A program made the translations under genes and the position numbers. Source: Nitrospinaceae bacterium (lineage in GTDB: Bacteria; Nitrospinota; Nitrospinia; Nitrospinales; VA-1). From it: a stretch of 59,415 bases of DNA. Below are positions 58,608 to 59,415 of this stretch, one piece after another. Numbering within the stretch: position 1 is the stretch's first letter; each line of letters begins with the position of its first letter. The stretch is from positions 1-59,415 of the forward strand of contig JBHHVU010000016.1 of assembly GCA_046754465.1 (NCBI GenBank), in the 5' to 3' direction. Under the pieces are notes generated by a model. That model made no database searches. It saw nothing but the letters and a program-made list of their open reading frames with translations, and was not told the DNA's origin.

Positions 58608-59415
58608 ATGACTGGACAAACTTTTAGTGTAAAAATCCATGACGGCTCCCTTGCCTGGATGGCCAGGATTGGCGCGTCCCTTGTGGTATGCGCCTTGATG
58701 ATGTCCTGCAAGGCTTCTCCTTTCGACCTGAACGCCAGGCCCGCGTCCCAAAAAGCCAAAATGGATGTGAAGACGCGAGGCAAAATGATGGCGCATGGGA
58801 AGAAGGGGGACCCGGGAGGAAAAATGGCCGTGGTGGGGGACCGCCCCGCATCCCCCGGTCCGGAGAAAAAGCCAGCCGATGCCGGCATTGATCCCTATGA
58901 GGCGCATGAAGCCTTATTCACGGAAAACCGGTATCCTTCCGCGGCGACCTGCAAAACCTGTCACCCCAAACAGTACAAGGAATGGTCGGTTTCCCAGCAT
59001 GCCTACGCCCAGCTCAGTCCCGTCTACCTTGCTTTGAATAACAAAATAAATGATCTCGCAAGCGGAACCAACGGCGATTTTTGCCTGCGTTGCCACAGTC
59101 CGGTGGGAGCCAACCTGGGTGAATCGTCCTACATCTCCAACCTGGAAAGGCATCCCACCTCCCGGGAAGGGATCACCTGCGTAGTCTGCCACCGGTTGAA
59201 TAAAACCTATAACAAGGTCAGCGGACGCCTGGCCCTGGTCGAGGGGGATATCCTCAAGCCCGTTTACGGGCCCAGCGGCAATCAGGAATTGAAGCGGGTC
59301 CTGGACAACCGCAACCAGTACCGGGTGGTGACCCAGTCCAAGGGAAGGGGCCGGAAAATTCATACCGACGCAAGGCAATTCGCGACCATTTCCACGCCCA
59401 CCTTTTGCGGAACCT
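58608..59415 (+). CDS. Multiheme cytochrome c lipoprotein, partial (runs off the window; absent from the ORF track)
   Basis: Manual translation of an open frame from ATG 58608 (or 58659): lipobox-like LMMSC, CKTCH-PKQYKEWSVSQH, CLRCH, CVVCH, and FCGT truncated at the window end. Confidence 0.9.
   Translation, partial: MTGQTFSVKIHDGSLAWMARIGASLVVCALMMSCKASPFDLNARPASQKAKMDVKTRGKMMAHGKKGDPGGKMAVVGDRPASPGPEKKPADAGIDPYEAHEALFTENRYPSAATCKTCHPKQYKEWSVSQHAYAQLSPVYLALNNKINDLASGTNGDFCLRCHSPVGANLGESSYISNLERHPTSREGITCVVCHRLNKTYNKVSGRLALVEGDILKPVYGPSGNQELKRVLDNRNQYRVVTQSKGRGRKIHTDARQFATISTPTFCGT

Overview
Bacterial chromosomal window whose gene content and protein styles look most like Nitrospinota (Nitrospina-like); this assignment is an inference, not a search result. 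From left to right: (1) 60-4568, small accessory genes (DUF1566/Lcl, HNH, parvulin-like PPIase, Cof HAD hydrolase, DUF547, fatty-acid hydroxylase). (2) 4667-22717, a complete minus-strand dcw cluster (mraZ rsmH ftsL ftsI murE murF mraY murD ftsW murG murC murB ddl ftsQ ftsA ftsZ) with a sigma70-like promoter and a 10-bp-period operator array. (3) 23240-29747, a divergent cytochrome c maturation System I cluster with a Cys-type CcmE and a ccmD that the ORF track missed. (4) 29869-34835, SnoaL-like protein, GH15, two orphan peptide-ABC ATPases and a cold-shock protein. (5) 34965-43378, a sigma54 activator followed by candidate enhancer sites, a -24/-12 promoter and a cupredoxin-like/cytochrome c operon, converging on a phosphorelay headed by a frameshifted heme-sensor pseudogene. 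(6) 43843-50742, LolA-like protein with a beta-barrel, glycogen phosphorylase, a thioredoxin-fold protein and a methyltransferase. (7) 50714-59415, the most interesting part: a divergent redox cluster encoding a tetraheme cytochrome, a cNMP-binding/4x[4Fe-4S] fusion, a His-rich membrane protein, a membrane-anchored decaheme cytochrome with a Cys-repeat N-terminus, a membrane-anchored FAD/NAD(P)H/[2Fe-2S] reductase, and a multiheme lipoprotein cut off by the window end. No rRNA, tRNA, CRISPR array or transposase was recognised. All calls come from reading motifs by eye; no database searches were run.
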